A DNA stretch of 64,000 bases, from contig CAMYII010000033.1 of the NCBI GenBank assembly GCA_947258385.1, forward strand, positions 31,529 through 95,528. The letters are read 5' to 3'. This stretch comes from Acidiferrobacterales bacterium. GTDB lineage: Bacteria; Pseudomonadota; Gammaproteobacteria; Acidiferrobacterales; SZUA-150. Positions 1 to 7,958 of the stretch are shown piece by piece. The translations under genes were made by a program, and so were the position numbers. Below the pieces are notes generated by a model. That model ran no database searches, was not told where the DNA came from, and was given only the letters and a program-made list of their open reading frames with translations. Within the stretch, counting starts at the first letter, position 1. The number at the start of each line of letters is the position of its first letter.

Positions 1-315
1 AAATTCCACTGGAAACATTTCGCCATCACGCCTGGTGACACCGGTGCATTCGTACCACCGATAACCGCCGATACTGGTATCCTGTTCGTACTTGATTTTT
101 TCCCCCTGCGTTGAAAGGGCGATGGTGGCATTGGCCTTCTTTCTGAGGAAGAACAGCGCGCGTCCATGCCCTGAATAATCGGCGGAAAAATCCGCGGGCA
201 GGCCTGCCGAACGCGCCGGCGGGGAACAAAGAATGACAGCAAGACACGCCGCGCTCATTGATATGATTATTGGGATGCGACGACGGCGGCGCCCCAGATC
301 GGGTTCTTGTTCCAT
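1..315 (-). CDS. hypothetical exported protein, N-terminal part (gene runs off the window start)
   Basis: Hand translation of the minus frame from ATG 315-313 gives MEQEPDLGRRRRRIPIIISMSAACLAVILCSPPARSAGLPADFSADYSGHGRALFFLRKK...GEMFPVEF. The frame is open to base 1, so it is absent from the ORF track (no in-window stop). A basic N-terminus plus a hydrophobic stretch looks like a signal peptide. An alternative start is ATG 258-256. Confidence 0.45.
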   Translation of the reverse strand, partial: MEQEPDLGRRRRRIPIIISMSAACLAVILCSPPARSAGLPADFSADYSGHGRALFFLRKKANATIALSTQGEKIKYEQDTSIGGYRWYECTGVTRRDGEMFPVEF

Positions 316-645
316 GTCGAGTGATTCCCGCGGATTAAGATGGCGCGCTTTGAGGTTCTTGAGCTAGTTCCAATTATTTGTTTTATTTCACTGGTAGCGT
401 ATCGTACGGCAGGTACCTGGCGCCTGTCTATTCTGTTTATCAATTATTGGCCTGACGAGGAAAATTTGAAGTGACGCCCCTGCGGGTCGTTGCAATGGCG
501 GTAGAGTCAGATGAAGTGAGCGCGGTCCGTCGGTCGCGCGAAAGAATTCAGCAGAAGATGGGAGTGGGCGGCACACGGAACACGCCGTTCGCGAGTAGGT
601 GGCATAGCACAGGTACGCAACCGTTTACCATGCCGCGTAATCAGA

Positions 646-894
646 TCATTTACTCATCACCGACCGCCGCCTGATCGTAACAAGCTCAGCACGGGGGTCG
701 GTGAGCTCGTCGCGCAAAACCAGAAACGAGGCATGGGCGTTAATGCCGAGCCGGACCTGGGTGCCTTGTATTTTTGTGACCACGATCTCGATCGGCCCGT
801 CCCGGAACAGCTCGCCGATGGGCGTGGCGGGGTTGACCGATTCGAGCGGGGCGATTTTCAGCACTTGGCCGGGTTTGCGGGTGAGGATCAACAT
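646..894 (-). CDS. CsrA/RsmA-family RNA-binding protein homologue with an internal insertion
   Basis: Lies within track ORF 646..972. From the internal ATG 894-892 (AGGA about 9 nt upstream) it reads MLILTRKPGQVLKI ... IEIVVTKIQGTQVRLGINA. The two conserved CsrA blocks are separated by about 16-20 extra residues (APLESVNPATPIGELFRDGP). Confidence 0.7.
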   Translation of the reverse strand: MLILTRKPGQVLKIAPLESVNPATPIGELFRDGPIEIVVTKIQGTQVRLGINAHASFLVLRDELTDPRAELVTIRRRSVMSK

Positions 895-980
895 GAGTGC
901 ACCGTCCTGTTTGGCATGGGTTATCGGGTCCGTTTGCGGCAGTTGAAAGCGAAATCTTGCCCCACCTCGCACTATTTAGA

Positions 981-992
981 GTGTATATACAC
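981..992. promoter_or_regulatory. perfect 12-bp palindrome GTGTATATACAC in the divergent csrA-like/HTH intergenic region (candidate operator)
   Basis: Read directly from the sequence. It is AT-rich and lies between the two divergent starts (894 and 1078). Confidence 0.3.
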
Positions 993-1077
993 CAAATATG
1001 GAGCATATGCAAGCTAAGTTATCTGTCCGGGTGATAGGTAATGTATAGTTTGATAAATATCGACTGCAGGACGCGAT

Positions 1078-1314
1078 ATGTCAGAGAAGACAAAAGCGCA
1101 CGGGGCCACGCGCGCCCGAAATTTGCTCAAAGGCGAGCTTGCCCGCCGCGGCATTAGCTACACCGATCTCAGCACCCGCCTGACGCAGATCGGCGTTCGC
1201 GACACGCCGGAAAATCTCAGAAACAAGATCAACCGCGGCACCTTCTCCGCCGCCTTCCTCCTCCAGGCCCTTGAAGCCATAGGCTGTAAGTCACTGGATA
1301 TACGGGTGGACTAA
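1078..1314 (+). CDS. small helix-turn-helix protein (DUF6471-like)
   Basis: 78-aa ORF. LKGELARRGISYTDLSTRLTQIGVRDTPENLRNKINRGTFSAAFLLQALEAIG matches the DUF6471 pattern as I remember it. It is divergent from the CsrA-like gene. Confidence 0.6.
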   Translation: MSEKTKAHGATRARNLLKGELARRGISYTDLSTRLTQIGVRDTPENLRNKINRGTFSAAFLLQALEAIGCKSLDIRVD

Positions 1315-1380
1315 ACCGGCGTCAAACTAACGACAGTCAGGCCGCTTCCAAAGTGCATTTCCTTTAAAAAGGAACGTTGC

Positions 1381-1899
1381 TTAATGACTGTCATAATCGG
1401 CAGTAAGATGAGCCCCATCATTTTTGGTCGCATTTTCCTCTAGCAGGCTGTCGGCCGCCGAAAATAACCTGGCTGCAGATATCCGCGCCGATTCCGAAAG
1501 AGGCTTGTCTGTCGGCTTGAAGAAAACCACCTCAGTCGATCGCTCTTCGCGGATCGGCATGAAATCGCTGCGAAGCCAGGCCTGGATTTGCCTGGCCCTT
1601 GCTCTGCAGTGAACATCGCCCGGATACACAGCGGCATATTTCGGGGCAGAGAACACCTCGTCCAGATATTCCGAAATCGCAGACGACTCTGACAAACGGA
1701 AATCCCCATGAACAAGGGTCGGTACACGGCACGTGAGCGAAAGGCTTGCATAGCTTGGCTGGTAATGCTCTTTTGCCTCCAAGTCGACCTTCCTAATCTC
1801 GAACGGAATACCCTTTTCCGTCAGCGCCACAAATACGGTCATGGCATAGGGGCTTGCAAACCGCGTGTCAACGTAAAGCGCGAGTTTTTCTTCGGCCAA
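1381..1899 (-). CDS. glutathione S-transferase family protein (YfcF-like), apparently short at the C-terminus
   Basis: FASPYAMTVFVALTEKGIPFEIRKVDL, RVPTLVHGDFRLSESSAISEYL and ARARQIQAWLRSDFMPIREER are YfcF-type GST blocks. The ORF is only 172 aa and stops 66 nt from the convergent HTH gene. Confidence 0.8.
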   Translation of the reverse strand: MAEEKLALYVDTRFASPYAMTVFVALTEKGIPFEIRKVDLEAKEHYQPSYASLSLTCRVPTLVHGDFRLSESSAISEYLDEVFSAPKYAAVYPGDVHCRARARQIQAWLRSDFMPIREERSTEVVFFKPTDKPLSESARISAARLFSAADSLLEENATKNDGAHLTADYDSH

Positions 1900-1971
1900 A
1901 ATAGCCCTCCTCTCTTGGTGGCTAAGTTATGAGTCTACGTATACTAGCGATAACATCCCACCAAAGCACAC

Positions 1972-2376
1972 CTATCTATCCGGCTCGTAAGCATCATATT
2001 GCGGTATATCGCCGCAGATATCTTCCCAATTCGCTTTTGAGCTCACAAATATATGTGCTGCCGGCCTCTCTTTTATATCTGACTCTATCGTTCCTAATCG
2101 GACCCGGACCCGTTCAGACTTTGCTGCACTCTTGCTTAACATTGGCGAGCCGCAATGCCTGCAAAAATATTTTGTTTGCCCTGGAGAGGACTCAAATCCG
2201 GTTAATTCCTTCTCGCCAGAAATAATCTTGAAATCTTTCGACTCGACGATACCGTTTGTTGCAAAAGCGCTGCCTTGTGCCTTGCGACATTGAGAGCAGT
2301 GGCAATAAATGATATTCCGTATGCTGCCTGTTATTTCAAAACGAATTGCGCCACAAAGGCATCCTCCTTTATACAT
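1972..2376 (-). CDS. GFA (glutathione-dependent formaldehyde-activating / CENP-V-like) family protein
   Basis: Contains the Cys motifs GGCLCGAIRFE, CHCSQCRK and FCRHCGSP. I prefer the internal ATG 2376-2374 (MYKGGC) because AAGGAG lies 9 nt upstream. The track ORF extends to 2418. Confidence 0.85.
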   Translation of the reverse strand: MYKGGCLCGAIRFEITGSIRNIIYCHCSQCRKAQGSAFATNGIVESKDFKIISGEKELTGFESSPGQTKYFCRHCGSPMLSKSAAKSERVRVRLGTIESDIKERPAAHIFVSSKANWEDICGDIPQYDAYEPDR

Positions 2377-2462
2377 TTGACTCAGCTCCTTGTTATGCAC
2401 GATAACGTTTCTGCCCACCGACGAGCGATTCGGTGGTATCGCGAGTCCGGTGGGACGACGTG

Positions 2463-2963
2463 TCAGAGCTTCGTCGCCACAACAACACCACTAGCCCAGG
2501 ATAATTTCGTAACATGAAAACCTTCCATTTGTTCCAACGTGGCGACAAGGTTCGCAGCTTTCTCAGCGTGCCCTTCTGGCCAGTTTGGTTGGGGCAGCAT
2601 GTCATCAACGACATAGAATCCGGAGGGCATGAGCAGCTCGAGGGCTTCTTCAAGCAGGCGATATTTGCCGGACCAAGTGTCTGCAAAGATGAATTCAAAT
2701 TGCGGTTCTCGGGGGGACTGCAAAAACTCATCGCCGTCGGCGCAGATCACGGTCAGCCGCGGATCCCGGCCCAAATGATTTCTTAGAATGGACAACAGCG
2801 ATTCATCGTTATCGACAGTTGTGAGATGCGAGCTTGAATCCATGCCATCAAGCAACCACGCGGTGGACAAACCTGTCCCGGAGCCAAGCTCAAGGAAGCG
2901 AGCAGAAGACTTCGACGCAGCAAGTGTGCGCAACAAAGAGCCCGTAAGCGGCTCTGATATCAT
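2463..2963 (-). CDS. class I SAM-dependent O-methyltransferase, N-terminally short
   Basis: FLELGSGTGLSTAWLL is a SAM-binding motif I, and the C-terminal DAD/FAD blocks are present. The in-frame upstream region has no start codon and hits a stop 26 codons up, so the usual N-terminal ~45 residues are missing. Confidence 0.75.
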   Translation of the reverse strand: MISEPLTGSLLRTLAASKSSARFLELGSGTGLSTAWLLDGMDSSSHLTTVDNDESLLSILRNHLGRDPRLTVICADGDEFLQSPREPQFEFIFADTWSGKYRLLEEALELLMPSGFYVVDDMLPQPNWPEGHAEKAANLVATLEQMEGFHVTKLSWASGVVVATKL

Positions 2964-3425
2964 ATTGAAACCACAGGCTCGCGTATCGGCCGATATGGCG
3001 GTTATTTTTTTGGCGCACGGAGATTGGAGAGATCGTTCATAAATTCAAAGGCTATAATCACATATAGGCGCATTAAACTACGGCTTATAATGCGGGTCTA
3101 GTATCGAAGTTTACCTCCTTCTCCCTCGCAAACAACCACGTATCATTAGATTATTAACAAACTGTCCCGGCGTGGCAGGCCGATCAAAAAGTTTCGGTAT
3201 TTCCCGCATCGATAAACGACCATGTCTGATATGGCTGTATATAACAAAGACCGCTATTTGCACGATGAGCCGTACTTTGCACTACGATTCTCAGTATTGT
3301 GATACGCTTCATTGTCTTTCTTGCAGATACTTAGTAGATAGACATAGATAGACGGGCCCCGATTTGAACACATCTACCGGCACCCTAACGTTGTTGCTCC
3401 AGCCAATCTCTCACAATCGCAGCGG

Positions 3426-3881
3426 TCAGGGCGAGACGGCCGAACCGAGACGGGTCGAGCTCCCCTTTGGCACGAGCTTGACTTCCGTGATCTCCTCGCT
3501 GGTTTTCAGCTCGCCATCGGCCGACACCCAAAAGGCCAAGATGATCTGGTTCATCGCAAAGAACGAGTAATGGCCTATGAATCCCTTTATCTCGCTGTCG
3601 AGACCAAGCTCTTCTTTCACTTCTCTTTCGACTGCTTGTTCCGGTGTCTCTTGTTTTTCAAGAAACCCTGTGATCAACGAGAACATTCCCTCCGGCCATT
3701 TTGCATTTCTAGCGAGAATGATATCGTCTTTATACCGAATTAGGGCCGCAACCACGGGGAGCGGATTGTCCCAATATACGAAATCACATCCGGGCGAAGT
3801 GCACGCCTTTCGTTCAATGCCATCAACGAACCTATCCTCCAGCTTGCCCGCGCATTCAGGACAGTATTTCACGGCTGACAT
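3426..3881 (-). CDS. NUDIX hydrolase with N-terminal zinc ribbon
   Basis: CPECAGK...CTSPGC is a zinc ribbon. The Nudix box is GFLEKQETPEQAVEREVKEELGL. Confidence 0.85.
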   Translation of the reverse strand: MSAVKYCPECAGKLEDRFVDGIERKACTSPGCDFVYWDNPLPVVAALIRYKDDIILARNAKWPEGMFSLITGFLEKQETPEQAVEREVKEELGLDSEIKGFIGHYSFFAMNQIILAFWVSADGELKTSEEITEVKLVPKGSSTRLGSAVSP

Positions 3882-3905
3882 CCATTAGAAACATTGTTCG
3901 GCTTT

Positions 3906-4631
3906 TTACAATTTCTGGAATATATACCTTTTGTCCCCGACCTCAACATCTGGAGGCCTTTTGTCGCGTTCAAAAAAGTCATAACCTTCTTTAAGGTTTT
4001 CCCAATAATCCAGCCAAATCGATTCTTTGTGCGCTTCCATGTTCTCTGCTGTCATGCGAAATGGAAAGATATGGACCCTGAAAAAACGTTGGCCATTTCT
4101 GAACGCTGCCTCTGCCAGGGTATATATTTCTTCAATTACCGCATCTGTCATTGCATAACAACCAATAGATACACAGTCACCGTGAACCATAAGGGCGCTG
4201 CCTGTCCTGCCATGCACCCTATCGTATGCGTTTGGGTATCCAATATTGAACGATAAGTGAAACTGACTGGATGGATTCAGTTGACGCGCTTTTACAAAAT
4301 AAAAGCCCTCCGGGCTTTGAAGATCACCTACTCGCAGCTTGGGACCTAAGGTGCCTGAATATGAACATATATTGTAGTTCTTGAACAGTTTGAATTTTTC
4401 GTCATTTTCTACCCATAATTCCAATTCGCTGGATTCCTTGAATACTCGGATATATATCGGGGAACCATATACCAGCCCGTCCTCCTCCAGTTCTTTTTTC
4501 ATTCTTGGTGTTATCTTTGCAATGACTTTTCTTGACCTTGCGTTGGAAGGTACTTCAGATGAAAAAACCATATCTGTATAAGCGTTCAACAGAATTACTG
4601 TAGCTGTGAGTATTGTTATTCGGACTTTCAT
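3906..4631 (-). CDS. L,D-transpeptidase family protein (YafK-like), secreted
   Basis: LMVHGDCVSIGCYAMTDAVIEEIY is the catalytic block. The start is taken at ATG 4631-4629 (MKVRITILTATVILLNAYT, a signal peptide) rather than the track start at 4703. Confidence 0.85.
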   Translation of the reverse strand: MKVRITILTATVILLNAYTDMVFSSEVPSNARSRKVIAKITPRMKKELEEDGLVYGSPIYIRVFKESSELELWVENDEKFKLFKNYNICSYSGTLGPKLRVGDLQSPEGFYFVKARQLNPSSQFHLSFNIGYPNAYDRVHGRTGSALMVHGDCVSIGCYAMTDAVIEEIYTLAEAAFRNGQRFFRVHIFPFRMTAENMEAHKESIWLDYWENLKEGYDFFERDKRPPDVEVGDKRYIFQKL

Positions 4632-4957
4632 ATTTCCGATGAGGCTCAATCTTTCAGCTGACAAACGCGAGCACGTCAGTGCAAGCGTTCGATCGGCGAT
4701 CATGTTATAGGGCTCCGTCGGTAATAGTGCCCCTATATTTCCGTCGAAAACAACGATATTTTAGTATTAAAGCCACTGATTTATCGAGTGACAAGAGCGG
4801 CCCGCTTTGGATCGAGCAGGATTATTCTACTGACCTGGTTAATAAGCTAAAGCTGATACACCATTGCCGCGCAATAGCCGGTGTCCCCGGGTGATGCCCG
4901 GAGACGTGCACCAGCGGAGCACCGGAAGCTGCGGCCGGAAACCAGCGGTGACACAAG

Positions 4958-5064
4958 CTAGATTTCTGGGAGTGAATCGACTTTGATATAAGTCCAGCCG
5001 GACTGAAGGCGGCTGATGATGTGGTTCATTGCGGTCTTGTCCGTGCCGATACCCTCGATGATAT
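4958..5064 (-). pseudogene. orphan duplicate of the last ~35 codons of the anti-sigma gene (7959..8693)
   Basis: Hand alignment of 4958-5064 against 7959-8065 gives 107 nt with 12 mismatches. Of these, 7 are in the first 17 nt and 5 in the remaining 90 nt. The fragment translates as ...IIEGIGTDKTAMNHIISRLQSGWTYIKVDSLPEI*, compared with ...IIEGIGTDKTAMDHIIGRLQSGWTYIKVDLLLGI* in the intact gene. Confidence 0.85.
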
Positions 5065-5075
5065 TTAGTTCAATA

Positions 5076-5113
5076 TGTAAAAATGGCCGAGGCAGCGATC
5101 TGCCTCGGCCATT
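5076..5113 (-). terminator. rho-independent terminator of the peroxidase-like gene
   Basis: A perfect 14-bp stem AATGGCCGAGGCAG / CTGCCTCGGCCATT (5082-5095 / 5100-5113) has a CGAT loop. On the minus strand it is followed by TTTTTAC. Confidence 0.8.
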
Positions 5114-5152
5114 AAACGTAACTACAAGGTTCTTTTTATCGCCTGAATCAGA

Positions 5153-6874
5153 TCAACGACTCGAATATTTGTCGTGGTCATCCTCTTCATCATCCTCTTC
5201 ATCATCCTCGTCGTCATCATAGTCGTCATCGTACATGCTCAGGTAATTACCGATGTCATAGATATCTTCCCTGGGCAGACACATCAGGAAGTTCATCGGA
5301 TCTTCATCATAGATGGCCTCCTTGATGTCGTGGGCGTCTTCCCCGCGGACATCCTCATCGACTCGGCCACCGCTTGCATCCAGGCCATGGCAACCGGCAC
5401 AAGTCGTGGTGTAACGCTGCTTGCCCGAGATGCCGTCAAACGAATTCAGATAATCAGAGATCAACTGAATCTGCTCAGCGGTGAACGCGTTTTGCATGAA
5501 CTGCATGGCCGGCACGCCGTCCGGGAAGACATAAGTACCGTAGATCGCTCCCTCAATTGAGCAGCTCCTGGCGCCAATCACCTTGCGTGGCGCGTTTGGT
5601 GGTGGCAGCGTATACGCCGGATCGGGGTTGCCATGACATCCGATACAATAGGACATGTAAAGGCTCTCCCCCGTGGATGGCGTCATATAGCCGTCCGATA
5701 AGGTCTGCATGAAGGCGACAATGGCATCTTCCTCCTGGTCCGTTAGCCCGAGGTTGCCCAGCAACGGTGACAGATTATCCGCCACCTCCGGCGCAGGCCA
5801 CATTCCCGGTATGTCACGGGTGTTATAGAAGTGCACCACCTCCTTCAGGCTCTTGAATACCCCGTTGTGCATGTAGGCCTTCACAAAGCCCGAATGGTTG
5901 CGCTTGTCCACATTGCGCAGCGTGGGGGTCTTGTGTTTGCCGTAGTTCTGTGGTGCATACTGCTCCCATTCCGGCCTCGTGGCCAGGAAACCGCCCAGAC
6001 CTGGGTCAATCCAGTTGATCCCATCGGGATTGAACTCAGGAGGCTGGTAATAGAACGGATTTTCAGGGTTCTTGGGCACACCGATATTGTCAAAACCGAA
6101 GTCGGCAAACAGCGGTGGCTCACCGTTCGGCCCTGGCCCCATAGTATGACAGGCAGAACACAAGGCCTTCCCCTGGAACAGCTGCATGCCCATCTGCTCC
6201 TCAGGCGTTAGGGTTGCCGTACCAGCGAGGTAGTCGTCGAACTTGGAGCTGTACTGATTGACCTCGCTGGAGCCTTCGTAGTCGCCGATGGCCAGGCCGA
6301 TGCGGTGATAGGTCGCCATGTAGTTGCCCATCGAACAATCCAATGTGCCGGGACCAAAGGCCTGATTGAACAGTTCCATGTAGCTATGGCCTGTGAGGTG
6401 TTCGGCAAAATTGGATGCCTGCACGCTGTCACAGACCACCTTCTCACTGGCGTTGGCCATCTCGAGCGGATTCAGAAACGGTCCCAATGCCTGGTCGGCG
6501 GCAGGGCTCCCCAGCACCTCGCCGGTGGCGCGGCCATCCCAGAAGAGCCCCCCCACAAAGTCACCACCCACCATCTGGAAGTTGGGGCTGGGGGTCGCGT
6601 AGCCAGAGCTCGGTGGCTTACGATTGCCGAAGCGGCCCTTCACTGCACCCTCATACACCGCGCCATGGACATTGATCTCGTGCTCGGGTCCCGTCCACCC
6701 GACCTCCGGCAGGTGGCAAACGGAACAAGCCTGATTGTTCGGCGTGGATAAGGTGGGATCAAAAAACAGCGCCTTGCCCAGTTGCTCCTTGGGTGTCAGG
6801 GTCTGGGACATAGCGGTGGGTATCGTTATGAAACACAAAACAAATGCGACCAATGATAACAGCTTTCTTGTCAT
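5153..6874 (-). CDS. cytochrome c peroxidase/MauG-family protein fused to two extra c-type haem domains and a poly-acidic tail
   Basis: Has a signal peptide and four CXXCH motifs (CSVCH, CSACH, CIGCH, CAGCH). The C-terminal tail is DDDYDDDEDDEEDDEEDDHDKYSSR. AGGAGG lies 6 nt upstream of the ATG. Confidence 0.8.
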   Translation of the reverse strand: MTRKLLSLVAFVLCFITIPTAMSQTLTPKEQLGKALFFDPTLSTPNNQACSVCHLPEVGWTGPEHEINVHGAVYEGAVKGRFGNRKPPSSGYATPSPNFQMVGGDFVGGLFWDGRATGEVLGSPAADQALGPFLNPLEMANASEKVVCDSVQASNFAEHLTGHSYMELFNQAFGPGTLDCSMGNYMATYHRIGLAIGDYEGSSEVNQYSSKFDDYLAGTATLTPEEQMGMQLFQGKALCSACHTMGPGPNGEPPLFADFGFDNIGVPKNPENPFYYQPPEFNPDGINWIDPGLGGFLATRPEWEQYAPQNYGKHKTPTLRNVDKRNHSGFVKAYMHNGVFKSLKEVVHFYNTRDIPGMWPAPEVADNLSPLLGNLGLTDQEEDAIVAFMQTLSDGYMTPSTGESLYMSYCIGCHGNPDPAYTLPPPNAPRKVIGARSCSIEGAIYGTYVFPDGVPAMQFMQNAFTAEQIQLISDYLNSFDGISGKQRYTTTCAGCHGLDASGGRVDEDVRGEDAHDIKEAIYDEDPMNFLMCLPREDIYDIGNYLSMYDDDYDDDEDDEEDDEEDDHDKYSSR

Positions 6875-7230
6875 GGCTGTCCTCCTTTTTCGCGCTTTCC
6901 TTTTGGCTTTCTTTTTCCAATTCCTAATAGAGCACTGTGGTAGGTTTTATTTCATGGTGTATCCTCCTGTAAGCTACTAAATCATCGCAGATCATTATTA
7001 CATCATCGTGACATCACCCTGATGCCATCGCCCGCACCATCGGTCCATTATGGCTACGATGGAACAACAAAACTTGGACCCACTATCTTCCTGGGGTGAT
7101 CGTCACCTGTGTAAACTCAGGCGATTGAAACCCCGTAGAATACGACTGCCATTGTATGTTGTATGTCATTTATCATTATACTAATGTCGTTTGGCACAAG
7201 GGTTGCGTACCGATAACGATATATATGACA

Positions 7231-7244
7231 TTGACAAAAATCGA
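7231..7244. promoter_or_regulatory. degenerate FNR/CRP-type box TTGACAAAAATCGA upstream of the peroxidase-like gene
   Basis: Matches TTGA-N6-TCAA at 7 of 8 core positions. A perfect TATAAT (minus strand) starts 51 nt downstream of it. It lies about 360 nt upstream of the ATG, so this call is weak. Confidence 0.2.
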
Positions 7245-7729
7245 TCTAGAAACAGGAATCCTTACAATTTACTCCCGTAAGCAATCGACCACAACTTGGA
7301 ATTGTCCTTATCCACTCCAATCATCCCATCCGATACACCGGCCGTCGCCTTCGATAACCGTCGGCCCAGCATAGAGGCCAGCGTAGTAACAGCCCAAGGC
7401 GCCGTGTCCCTCATAAAACCCATACGAAAATGAATAGATATTGACGGCTCCCTGCCAAATTACCTCTCACGTATTTCGTTCATGTCAGCCAGCTAAGTCA
7501 TTGACGGTGAACAGTAGCTATACCCCGGTAACTATATAGGCAGGACGATCTTTGCATGACGAGCCTGGCGGAACAAATCACGGTAGAGAGCACGTCTTGA
7601 TGTGTGTCGTGGTGGATTGCAACCGACGGCCCATCCTGGCTATGTGTGCGACGTGGGCGGTATTGATGACTGGTGACTATCGTTTAATAGGACCCAATAT
7701 GCGCGGCCGCGCGCATGCCCGTTGTTACT

Positions 7730-7760
7730 GTCGGCCCACAAAAAGGCGGCCCGTGATGAA
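7730..7760 (-). terminator. rho-independent terminator about 200 nt downstream of the anti-sigma gene
   Basis: The minus strand reads GGCGAACCCGT-UCAUC-ACGGGCCGCC (10 bp with one bulge) followed by TTTTTG (plus-strand A-run 7730-7734). Confidence 0.7.
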
Positions 7761-7958
7761 CGGGTTCGCCACGGAAGGGCGAGCGCAGGACTTTCACACC
7801 GAGCAGGGTACGTAGGAACGACCCGCAGAGCGAGTAAGCCGCCCGTTCGCACTCAGCACACGGGCGTGCTGCGGGCCAGATCCTTTGTTGCAGAGAAAGC
7901 ACACACGCCACTGCGCGGATGCTGTACAACCGCAACCGAGAAATAGCAACAACACGGT
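7761..7958 (-). ncRNA. candidate structured 3'UTR or small RNA between the anti-sigma stop and its terminator
   Basis: The segment is GC-rich with no convincing ORF. It has nested helices, for example 7812-7818/7859-7865 enclosing 7830-7836/7850-7856. It ends at the terminator above. I recognised no family. Confidence 0.3.

Noticed and set aside
5174-5232. Triplet-repeat-like stretch (tcatcctcttcatcatcctc...) considered as a microsatellite.
   Set aside because: It is the in-frame coding sequence of the poly-Asp/Glu tail of the peroxidase-like protein. It is imperfect and codon-structured rather than a slippage-type simple repeat.
7540-7958. GC-rich non-coding block considered as an integrase pseudogene, group II intron remnant, tmRNA, RNase P RNA, or a cobalamin or c-di-GMP riboswitch.
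   Set aside because: No frame shows integrase or reverse-transcriptase motifs. I found no GUGYG 5' end or domain V-like hairpin, no tmRNA tag or T-arm, no GGAAAGUCCGG (RNase P) and no B12 box or GEMM signatures. It is kept only as an unclassified structured RNA candidate.
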